Of a stretch of DNA of 64,000 nt, positions 42,001-54,000 are shown piece after piece; position 1 is the first letter of the stretch, and each line of letters opens with the position of its first letter. The DNA is from an uncultured Planctomycetales bacterium (GTDB lineage Bacteria > Omnitrophota > Gorgyraeia > Gygaellales > Profunditerraquicolaceae). Position numbers and translations under genes: made by a program. The stretch spans positions 221,812-285,811 of the forward strand of contig CAZJFL010000001.1 of assembly GCA_964545575.1 (NCBI GenBank), written 5' to 3'. Below the pieces are notes generated by a model. It ran no database searches. It saw only the letters and a program-made list of their open reading frames with translations, and was not told the origin of the DNA.

Positions 42001-45000
42001 CCTGCTTAGCCCTTTCTGCAATAAAAGCCGCCCAGGCCTTTCTTTCTTCGCTACGGTGCGCCTTAAATTCATCACGCTCTTCATCGGTAGCAGTCTTACC
42101 GATAGCCCGGTAAGTAATCTGTGTATTTAAGTCTTCAATCTGGATTCTTTCTTCGTGTTCCGGAATACCGAACTTCCGCATCATCTCTCTTAATATATCA
42201 ATTAATTTTTCAACTTTTTGGGCACCTAAGACCTGGCGCATATCCTGTTCGTAGCGGCAGAGATAATCTCCCTTGGCTATGTCATAGGCAAAAATGCGGG
42301 TGCCGGTAGCCGTAAAGAGATAGAGATTTTCTAACAGGCGCTGCCTGTTACCCAAAGCCTTCTTTATGGGCTCAACAATCTGCCAATCCATGCGCTTCTT
42401 ATCTGCTCCGGAAACCACGATAAATTTACCGCCGTTCTCCAATATAGCGGCAATTCTTGCGGCCATATCTTCAGTCAAAGCAGTGCGAGACTCACTTAAA
42501 GTCTCATCCATATCCGCTATGACTACCGGCGCTACTTTCCTGCCGGCTAAATCTGTCAATTCAAATAATAAAGCTAGCTTATCCAGAGAATACATCAGCG
42601 AAACTACCCTGGCATCTATCTGGTCAACCGTCCGGTCATCGCTGGTCTCAATGATCTCTTCGAACCTTTCGGCATAAACTCTTATACCCCTGCTCCTAAG
42701 GCTATCTATATCGGCTGCTGACGGCTCGATAATCCCGTAAGGGATTTTACCGCGTAGGTGCTTAGGTATATCCGTTCTCTTTTGATTTGCCTCAGCGATT
42801 AAATCTAACACCGCTTGCGGAACGGACTCCATCCTGGTTAAGAATACGTCGCTAAAGATTTCCTCAAATCTGTAACCCATGGAATCCTCGAATAACTTAA
42901 CTAAAGAAGTTACATCGTGGCCGATAGTTTCTATATCTACGGTCATATTGAAGACGAATATGATACGCACTCCTCTTTTACGCGCCGCAATCAAAGCCTC
43001 GGGAATACCGCGCAGGCACAGTATAGGCAATATACTGGTCATCACGCTTCCCGGGCCCAATATAATCTTGCCGCCGGCCTTAACATTCTCCATCAATCTT
43101 AAGGCTATAGCGTCTGCTACCGGCCGGACCATCTGGCCGTTTTCATTGCAGTATTCTAATCTGATATAGGGTTCTTTGTGGTTGGTGCCGGTGATGTTCT
43201 CCTGCCCGATTACCCTATCCGAACATAAGGTTGCGCCGTTTACCAATTCAGGATTCTTTAATCTACCCGCCAGTGTCGCCCGGTGGTATGAATGGAAGAC
43301 GCTCGGTATGGCGATGATGCGGCTGCCGGTAATCTGATAGAGCTTATTATGGGCGGCAACGGCTTTAACCGCGTCTACTTTTCCTTTTCCGATTGCGCCC
43401 TCTTTAATCATTACCCCTAACCAGAGAAGATTTTTCACTGAGTGCGCTTTACCGGCTATATGAAGCACACCTGTCCGGATTAGCTGCTTTTCTACGACAT
43501 TTATATATTCGGTAACGATATCGAAGAATTTATTTAATTCTTCTGCGCTAATCGTATCCGCGTATTTATGTATTAACATGCCTTTCAGGATGAAAAGATT
43601 TTCTTTTATTGTCGTGAAGCCGGTGAAACGGTAATCCAGCACCGCCCTTTTCCATTCTTCTTTTATGGATTTGGCCATTAAATTCATCTGGTCTCCGGGA
43701 GGCGAGATAGAAATATCCCAGGATTCATACAGGGAATCGACAATATTACCGGAACTGCCGCCGCTATCGGCAAAACTTATTATCGCCTTAGGAACGGATT
43801 CCCTGGAGAATGACCCGTAAATCCGGTCTAAGCGGATATGCGAAGAGCTGGTCCCTGTGCCGCCGGCGAGGAATAACGTATTAGTGGGAGTGCGCAGGAT
43901 ATCTCCCTCATAGGCCTTTAATACGCCTGCCTTAAATAACCAACGCGCAGGCACAGCCACCAGGCCGGCGACAGTTATCGCGTAGGCGATAATTTCATTT
44001 ACCAGGCTGGATTTAGTATGGGGATGGAATATTTCGTGTAAAAGTATCAGGCGCTGAATAATCGGATGGGATTGTTTTAAAGCTTCTCTGACACTTTCGC
44101 TTTTGATCAGCAGCGCGCCTTTTATGGATGCGATGGAGACACCGAGGGTGGGGTCGATACTGGCATATTCAAACATCGGATGCAGGTCATATTTAGGAGG
44201 GCCTCTGGTTTCCTGCTGGCTGAGTTCATCAATTTGCTTTAATTTTCTGGCGAAATTAAGCATGCCTGCACACAGAGATATCATCAGAACAAGCGCAATG
44301 CCTTTCATTAATATGCCGGGCATGAATAAACTTATCACGCCGCCCAAAGCCAGTACTGCCAATGCCGCCGCCGCCGCCCCGCGAGGTGAAATGGGTTGAG
44401 GTTGATCATCTCTCCCTTCCCCACAGACAGAGCTGAAGATTATATTAATCTGCTCATCCACATAAGCTTCTAATTCTTTCAATATCCTCCAATTGTCTGC
44501 TGGACTCAATTCCTCTGGAATTGCTGGAATTGAATATAACTTTTGCAATAATCCTGAAGAATCCCCCTTCTTCTGAGTTATAAATTTCATCCAATCACTT
44601 TTAGATTTTAACCAAGAACCGCCGCCAATGTCTTCACTAAGATCATCTACTCGCTCGGCTTCAAAAATTAACTTGGGATAAACTTTTCTTAAAAGAGTGA
44701 TAACTTCAGGTAGCAAATCTGTGGGTAACTTTAAAGAAGGCTGGCTGTAATGCCTTACCCAAAAATCGTGGCCGTCATACCATGTCTCGGTACTGAAAAT
44801 TACCTTACCTCTAAACTTACGTTCAACCTCCTGCCTCAATCTAATTATTAGTCTCCATGCGCTATTACAAACTTCGCAGTCATCTTCGCTATACTTACTT
44901 AAAGAAGGTAGAATAAGAAGAGTGGTTACTGGATGTCGTTCTATAGCAATCATAGGTAAACCGTACTCAGTTAAATTGTCAAATCTTATCGCCATCTCGT

Positions 45001-48000
45001 AACGCAGTTCGGCCTCGGAAATATAAAGAAATACTATAATTCTACTTAAAATTTTATGAATACGGTGTCTTTCCCCATCTAGAGGTAATACCCCGGAAGG
45101 TCCAGGCCTAAAGCCTGTCTGTCCTTTTAATATCTGGCCAGTCAGTTCTGTATATTTCTGCAGTAGTCTTTGATAAACAACTTCCAGTAATGCTTTAGTT
45201 TCAAGTGAAATATCATGCCTGCTTAGAACGGTAGCATATGCCGGAGGAGAAAGTCTTTCTAAATCGGTAAGAATACTTTCATAAGTTTCGTAATCCATAC
45301 TGTTACTATCAATAATTGTAACTAGTCTCTTTTGAGCAATTTCTTCTATGGAGCCGCCGTTACCTACGGATTCCTCCTCAGAATGTTTGCTAAGATTAAA
45401 TTTAGATAAAACCTCTATGCCGGTATTAAAGGATAATTCTGTATAGCGAACAACCTGTAACTCATCCGCACTTAATAAACCAAAAGGCTGCTGATACCGG
45501 GCGATGATTTCTTTTAACCTTGCCAATTCTTCGATACTGAATGGCTGAGCAAAATAACCGGCAACAATGTGAGGTGGGTATTTACCCGGTATCGCCCACT
45601 GCTGTCTGCGGTTAGAAATTGGATCTTTTCCATCTGCAGCGATAATAGACTTGATCTCCCAAAAGATTCCTATATCTATATCCCAATTAACCCCGCCTAC
45701 TTCGATATCAAAAACAGGAGTTATAATTTCTTTCCCGCTAGAAACACGATCTTTCGGAATATAACCTTGTATAGTAAGATGCAATTTATCCGGATCAACT
45801 AACAGAATCTTTCTACCAAACTCCCGGGACAATTCTTCCTGAAGTTCTACCATCTTCTTTCTTGTCAAGCCATCAGGAACCATATACACTTCGCTCAAGG
45901 CAGAAGTGTTATCGCGCTCTTCTTCTGGCTTAATATTCCCCGCTGCATCAATAAAACGCCGCGAGCGGGTTAAATCGGCTTCTTGAATTTCTTTTAGAAG
46001 GCCGCAAACCACAGCTCCTTTTCCCTCAGGGCCTGTATCATACGAACCGCCGTTGTCTACGGAGCCGCGGGAAATGATTTCTTCTTGCAATAAGAAATCT
46101 TTTACCTTCATTGGATCAAGGCCGCCCAAAGTCTCAATCGCAGATTCTCCGACTACCGCCTTGAGGTTCTTTTTGGCTACACCTACCAATTCCAAGATTT
46201 TAACCATATCTTCGGAAAAGCCCATCTCTCTCAAAGCCACTATTTCTTCATTTGTGGCATAGACAAATCTCTCCCACTTTCCTGCTTCCGACCTTTCGTG
46301 ATAAAGACGTATATCGTGTTCTGCCCAGCTTAAAAGCCAAAGAGCTAACTGTCCAGCATCGGTATTAAGATTAATCCCATGCTGGATGCAGAATTCCGGG
46401 TTCTCAAGTAAAAATTTAACATAGCGGTTCCGGTAGATAAATTTGCTACGGTAGGCAAAAACACCCGGCCTGATTTCTGTTCTAATTAAGTCACTACGAC
46501 TTAGCTCCTTCGGCTGGCCCTGAGGATCTTCCAATACCGGCATAAGCAGTGTAGCGTAAGACTCATAAACTTTGGTTTCCACCTCTATCTTCGTATAACG
46601 CACATTGCCATTACCTTTTATAAGTACGCTATAGATTTTACCGTCCGAACCAACATATTGAGGCCTACCTTCGCTATCCAATACGGAATCAGGCATCAAT
46701 TTAATCTGGCGCGGAGCTTTCTGGTCAAATCCGTATTTTGTTAGCTTACGTTCTCTAATATAATCGTCTATGGCCTTGCTGTATTTTGTCTCATTTATCA
46801 GAAGATCGGTAACTATATCTGACAGACGTAAACTAGAATGCTGTTTTAGGACTTGCTCAATAGCCTTGATATAATCCGAGAAACTATAATTATTGCTTTC
46901 TTCGGTATTTACGTTATTGAAAAACCAAATCTTTCTATGCGCCTTGCTTCTTTGCACCACCTCTGCCACGCCCGGAGTACCAAACTGAGGAAGTATGCTG
47001 GAATATGTGCTTCCTGGCCCGATAATAATGAGAGAAATTTTTTCGTGGGCAAGCCACATGGCTAATTCCGGGTTCATGCCAGGTATAGGGGCATTCGGCT
47101 CTAATTCGCTCTTTACTACCCGAAAGTCAACCAGTTTGTTTTCGCGTAATTGATCCATAAACTTCTGGCCGTATACTCCTATTTTACGGCGTTCGTCGGC
47201 AGGGCGCTTATCGGTGGGGTCAGGTATTAAACAGGCATCTATATCACTGCCGACTTTCTCCCTAAAGGATTCAATTGTTTTTTTGTCGATAGGCCTTTCA
47301 TAAATTGCTTCCACGGTGGCAGATTCTAAGGCAACAGGCACAACGTGGAAACGCATATCTACTCCCCAGGCCCTTTCTAACATATGCATCGCTACTTTTG
47401 CCTGGTCTGCATCTGTGCTGCCGCTATTTTTAACGATATATTTTGAATCAATGCAGGCGCCTAATTCATGGAAGAGAGCCAAGATATTGAGGTTGCGGAT
47501 ACTCTTGCCATGGAAGAAATCAATTCTTTCCTCTACCGGCTTATTTTTATTTCTCTTATCGAACTGCGTATAATAAGCTTTGGCTCTGCTTGAGTAAGCC
47601 CGAGAGTAAGCAGTAAATTCATAGTCGATAATCCTGGCCATATTCAGTTGTTCAATAAGAAAAGGTATAAATTCTTTTTCTCTGATCAAACCTCCTATCT
47701 TATTCATAACTACATGTATTACTGTTTCTTCCATAGTGGGATAATCCTTACCCGGAGTTTCACCGGTTTTTTTATCTTTTTTATCCAAAGCGCTAAAGTT
47801 AGAATATATCTTACGGCACATAAATTCATCGGGCAAGAACCCGTCGCATACCGCAGCAGCTTCGTCGCCTAAACCGATAGTCCTGCCTTTGCCGGGACGA
47901 AGCTCTAATTCCTGCACTCCTGTCCTTCCGCCGTTATCGGTAATGGACTGGCTTAATACCACCGCGCATCCCGAATCAAGCAATGCCGGCATATTCACGG

Positions 48001-51000
48001 ATAAAGAACCGTTACCGCCGATGACCACCACCAGCGGCATATTATGCTGCCGGAAATACTCTTCTCTTATCTTATCTACCTCTTGAGTGGTAAACTTAAG
48101 AATACTGTCTCTGCCTAATCTACCCAAGAGGACCTCATCTATAGTTAATTTCTCTTCTTTGGCTATGTGGTTTAACATAACAGTTGTGATTTCTTCGCCT
48201 AATATTCTGATAAGGCTTTCCTTATTTTTCTGGATAACGATTTCTCTGTGTCCGCTTAAACGGTATTCTGAAGGGTATATTTCTCTTAAGTACTCTAATA
48301 TCACTGTGTACTGTTGATGTTTATCAAGTTTCGCCCATTTTTCTAAGTTCTGGAAATAATGCCCTGTGCTAAACGATGCGCCTTGCCGGCTGCGATAAGT
48401 ATCGATTTTTTTCTGCTTGCCTTTAGCGACAATCAAATTGTGCAATAAAATATCTTGCTGGATTAACCTGGCTTCTTCCATAGCCTTACCATAAGGTAAA
48501 CCTAATGTATTATAGTGGCCGAATTCGTGGAAGATTCTTTCTGCGAGTATGTACTTAGCTACAGGGAAAGTATCGTATGTGGAAAGGAGTTGCTCTATAA
48601 ATCTTCTGCTGAGAATAACTTCTACCCTATTCTGCGTCTGATTAAAGTACCTTACCGCGTTAAGCGGTAAATTAGAAGAAACCCTAAACACTACGGGCGG
48701 AGCGCAATTGTCTTTACGGCCGTGAAGCAGTTCCTTTATGTATTCTTTAAGGATATCATCCCGGCTGGTTGAAGCTAGGTTCTCTAAAGAAGCTAAGCTA
48801 TCAGTGAGCAGCTTTGCTAAGCTAACTGATTTACTTCCTGCGGGGCTAAACCTGCTTTTCGGCGGTTTTCTTAAGTCGCAAGAAACCTCTAAGTCATCAT
48901 CAAAGCTTAAATCGGAATAATTCAGGCTTATCCCTGCGACAGGAGCGAATGTGGATAAACCTTGCTCATCACCGGCTGTAATATCCTTTAACTTCCTCAT
49001 TACTGCCTCATTCTTTGCCAAAGGCAATAACAAATCAGGGGTGAAATCAACCTGGTCAGTGACAACGCAATCATTAAAGCTATCTGTCAATCGAATGTCG
49101 GTTTTATCTTCTATATCCTCTAAATCTACGCAATAAATCCCCCAGATCTCTCCGTATCCTTCCTGCTCTGCCTTCTCCTCTAGCCAGCGTTTGAAATCTT
49201 CACGAGTGCCTGCCTGCTTCTTAATATTTAAATCTCTTTTATACTGTTCTATAATCTTTAATTCACTTTCGGAAGGTATATAGGCAAACAATTTCCTTAC
49301 TTCATTATTCTTGCCTTGCGGATCCGTATATGTCTCCTGACGGATAAATATAATTTTTCCCTGGAGTTGATATTTATCCCTCTCCTGCGTAGGTATCCTT
49401 AAGAGTTCTTCTTTTATTTCTCTTGCGATTGCTTCTTCATAAGTGCTATTAGTACCTAAATGGCCGCCATATATAGAGAGGGCCAAAGGATATAAATCTT
49501 TATTATGGGCTCTACGCTGTAATACAACTTTGCCATCAGGGGTGACCACGAAAACATTGACTGTCTGATGCAATAAGCCGTAGTGGTGGACGATGCTTCT
49601 GTCTACCCGGCTAATTACCCTTTCCTCGCCACCGTCATTTACTTCCACAATATCCAATAGCTCACCTTTTAAATGCAAGGTTCCGGCATTCACTCCGGAG
49701 ATAACTTCTTCGGTCCGCGATTTATCTAATCCGGCTTTCTCCAGGCCAACCCTTAACCCGTCCTCTTTTTGCAACTCCAACAGCGCCTGTAGTTGTGCAA
49801 AAGAATACCCCTGCCATACTTTATCATTCCAGATATCTTTAGGGTTAAGCTCTGTAGTAGAAACTATTCTGATTTTTTCTTGTGCGCCGTTGGCATTGAT
49901 AATCTTAACATCGCATGCCAACTGACCGGTGGTAATGGCTAACGGCTCTTCGCCTAACTCTTCCACATTCATTATCAGAGCTTTAGACTGAGCATCGATA
50001 TTCTTGATTACGGAATCGATAATAACGGTGCCTTTACGGACCGTGCCTTTATCAATGCGGCTCTTGCCCAGAATAATTACTCCGTCCTCAACCACGACCT
50101 CTTTGCCGAGTTTAACATCCGGGCCAACGATTGTCTTAGGCTTAAAGCCGCTTAAACCGACCAGGCAGCGTAAAATCTCTTCTTTAAAGAGTTGCTGTGT
50201 CGCCTGATAGTATCTTAAATTATCGCCTATCTCAGCCGAATAGGTGCGTCTTCCCGCCTCAAGGTAACCAAAGCTCATTTCGGCTTGCAAGACAGCGAGT
50301 ACTTTCAGCAAATCCTGATTCATATTCTGTTCGGTCTTAGTAATATCCGGACCTTGAGTCCTGCCGGGCTTAAGCAATACAGGTATGCTTCTGGCAGAGA
50401 AGTGATATACGGTAAGGTTATTCAGGGCAACTTCGGTTTTATCCTTGACATATTCTGCCTCTTCGGGAGAACCGCGCCTTAAAAGAGCGGTGATCCCATT
50501 TGTAGCGTCTAACTGCAATACGCCGTAATGCGCCCGGTCAGGAGAATTGACGCTTATGGTGGTCCCGACAATCTGTATATCCTGCCTGTCTACGCCGGTT
50601 AATGGCTCTGATATGGCAATCAGGCGATCAGTGGGCAACACCCATACGCCCGGTTGAGCAGCGCTGTAGAACTGCATACTCTGGCGCAATGCCTGAACGA
50701 GATTAGATTCTCCGTTAATGGAAGCGATCAAACCTTTGTTACCGCGGCCACTGGAGAGAGTGACGGGATAATTACGTTTTCCCTCGCCGCCGGCGAGAAT
50801 CACTAAAAGATTGGAGTGTTCGAAATCAAAACCGGCTTCCCTAAGCAAGTCCAAAGAGCGCAATAAGGCAGAAAGATTTCCGGGTATTGCTTTATTATTT
50901 ATGGGATAGATAAATACGGGAACTACCCCGGCTGCCTTCCTTTGAGATAAAGCTTCCTGCATCAAAGATATGCCTGAAGAATCTTTTGTAATGAGGATAC

Positions 51001-54000
51001 GCAGGTTATCCGGCAAGACCCGACCGGCTGCATCTTCGATAATTTGCCGGGTATAAGCAGCGGTTTCCCGGGTAGGTAAGACCAATACCGCATCATAATA
51101 ATGCGCGGAATCAAGCTGGGCTTCTTCGAGGTTGCGACGCTGGGTGCGCATTCCATAAAACGGAGTATCATTATAATAAGTAGTAACCTCTTCTTGACTG
51201 ATGCCCTCTGCGGCTAATATATCTGGGTGCACGTATTTTAAGGCCGCCAGATACATCGCGCCCACTGCCGGCCCAAAGGCAACCGAGAAGTTACCCTTGA
51301 ACTTTTCGCTGATTGCCTGGCCGAACTTTTTGGCGTAATCCGCTTCGGAAGCGATGGCAATCTTTACTTTTGCGGCAACCTGCGGAAATTCTTCTTTCAA
51401 AACTTTCTCTGCGGACTCTTTGACTATTTCTCCGGACCTGCCCATCATCTGGCCGCCAAAGAGTACAAGGTATTCCATGCGTAAATCCTCATAAGCATCA
51501 GCAACGGATATGGCTAAATACCTGCCGATGGTTTCAAACACTTTAATTGCTTTAGCATTACCTGAAGCGGCAAGCTGCTGTGCCCTCCAGGATCTAGCAC
51601 CATAATTATCTTCAGGGATAGCCTCACCTTTATCATCCTTATCCAGGCTTAAGCCTATTTCTTTAGCTAACCTTAAAACTGCGGCCTGCGGGATATATTG
51701 CTGGAGTGCACCTCTGAAACGTAATCCAAAATGCATCTCGGCTTTGGGATGAAAATCGATACTAACCTTGCTCATCTCGCCTAAGAAGTCGGACAAACCA
51801 ACGCTGCCTACATGGCCGCCGGCAAGGCCGGTGCCTACGCCAAAGACCGCGGCATTGCTGACACCAAGAGTAACTGCTGCAGATAAGGCAATCGCATCAC
51901 CGTCATTTAATACGCCTACGGGGATATTACCAAAGGCCTTGGAGATATGCTTGCTTAAAGGAGCGATTCTGGCCCAGAACTCTTCACCGCCGATATTCCG
52001 GAAGAGACGGGCTCCTTCCTGAACGATACGGCCCTCCACTACTGCGGCAGCCATACTTACTCCTACGGCATCTATTTTAACTATATTGATGCCGCAAGCC
52101 TCTACTGCTTTAATGAAGCTATTAATTTCTTTGAGGGTGGCGGTGCGGTTGGCTTCTAAGGTATCCAGCTGAGCACGCAACTGTGCATCGGCATTTGCCT
52201 GGCTGCGTACGGAGATAGCCGCCTGGGCAAACCTGATTAAAGTGACAAATACTTCCAAATGCTTATCTGCGCGATTTAAATTCTGAGGCAAGATTTCCCA
52301 GTTGTGGGCCTTGGTTAGAACAATTTGCCCGTCCTTTACGGCTAAGACCTTGATACTGGTGCCGCCGACATCCAAGGCTACGAAATTACCTTTACTGTAA
52401 TCAATGGTTTCCTGCTCCGCGGCTGCTTCTGTCGAGGTAACTTTAGTCCTGAAGGAAGCGATAGCTTCGGCTGTGGCGCGCAATAAAGCAAATGGCTTCT
52501 CATAAATACCGTTAAAATACATCAGCACGCGTTCATAACGGCCGCCCGGAAGGAGTATCTTGCTTAACTCCTGATAAACTGAATCGCTGGAAAGAATATA
52601 CATCTTGTGGGCGCCACAGCGATATAAGGTATTAATAATACTTAAAGCAATGTAATCGATAATCGCGGCGAATTCTTGCGGATTAATGCCTGCGGGAATC
52701 TGCCAGCTTAAGATGCGCGGCGCGGATTTACCTCTTTCCAGGGCCACCGTAACCTCTTCGGCCACTCCGGACTTACTGATCATATCTTTTAATCTCCAGC
52801 TCCAGTTGGTGATGGAGTCAAAGTAGTAAGCGCTCTTGGCGGTGGATAAATCTCTGACGGCGGCCAATCCCTGCTGATAATCCGCATCCGCAACGATGCC
52901 GAACTGTTTATTGGCGTAGACGTTAAGGAGAATATCCAGCTGGTTGAGGCGGCTGGCGAAATATTCGTAATTTACCCTGCGGCAGGCAGCTTCATCCGGA
53001 TAGATCGGATGGCTGGTCTCGTGGAGGATTAAATCTAAGAGGGCGATAAAGAAGGCGTAAGAATCCTCATTTGAGAGATTAAACGGAGGCGCGCGGATAG
53101 GCAGACGTTTATCTGAGATAATCTGCGGCGCAATATATTCGCCCATGGACTGGCCTCTTCTATCCTGATAGACAATAAGGTCTAAAGTAGAAACGGGCAA
53201 GCCCAAAACCTTGATGATTTCATTAAGATATAAGCTGAAATTTGCCGTGTCTTTAGTATCAACTTCGGCTTTTTCACCGGGGATGTCAGCAAGGCGAGTG
53301 GGAGACTTATCTTCGTCATCTCTAGTGCCTGTTATCCACCAAGGGTCATTTGGAGTATAATTTATTGCTGGCGGTATTTCTTCTTCTGAGCCTTTATCCT
53401 CTCTAGAAAATCTATAATTTGGACACTGCTCACAACCATCCCGATAAACATCGTTAGCCAAAGTACAAGTCAATGGACTTAATCCATCTCTGCAATGCAC
53501 CCTCTCTTCATTATTTCTACGGACTTCTGTATCATTTTCAACAGTTTGTTTTAAGGTACGTCGCCAAATAGTAATAGACCGGATAGCCAAGAATAAACCA
53601 ACTGCAATACCTACAACAACAAATATCCCTCCTATAATAGGCATAACTCCGATATTCTTAACGACGCCGGAACAGCCAGTTAAAAATAGCGTTGCGGTAA
53701 AAATAGAAATCCAGATCAGAATAGATTTTAACGTTGTCGAAGAATCACTACTCCCCTTTGTTCCAGCTGGCTTCTCACGATTTACTTCGCTATCTGATTT
53801 AGGAATAAATTTCTCGGCTACTTTTGCCATCCCGTCACCCAAAACCTTCTTTATATAACCTTGCCCCAGCTCTGTAGTGCCCTTTTCTACTTGTTTATAG
53901 GTCTTTTCGGCTAGTTCATAAAGCTGTTGCGCATCACTATCTCTCCCATCTAATTTAAATCTCTGCGCCATCTCAAAGAGAATTCTACTAAGAGCGAAAT

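Larger units (their letters stand above)
21581..46066 (-). repeat. Dispersed in-frame linker repeat GGCTCGGTGGACAACGGCGG (GSVDNGG)
   Basis: Exact 20-mers at 26736-26755, 28500-28519, 29151-29170, 30102-30121 and 40188-40207. Variants near 21581-21613, 25613-25650, 29133, 32202-32240, 35814, 36531-36568, 45354 and 46047-46066. Confidence 0.9.

Noticed and set aside
47927-47938. DNGG at this site as another linker copy
   Set aside because: It is the family motif of the YvcK/CofD domain (DxGGSSG equivalent), not an inter-domain linker
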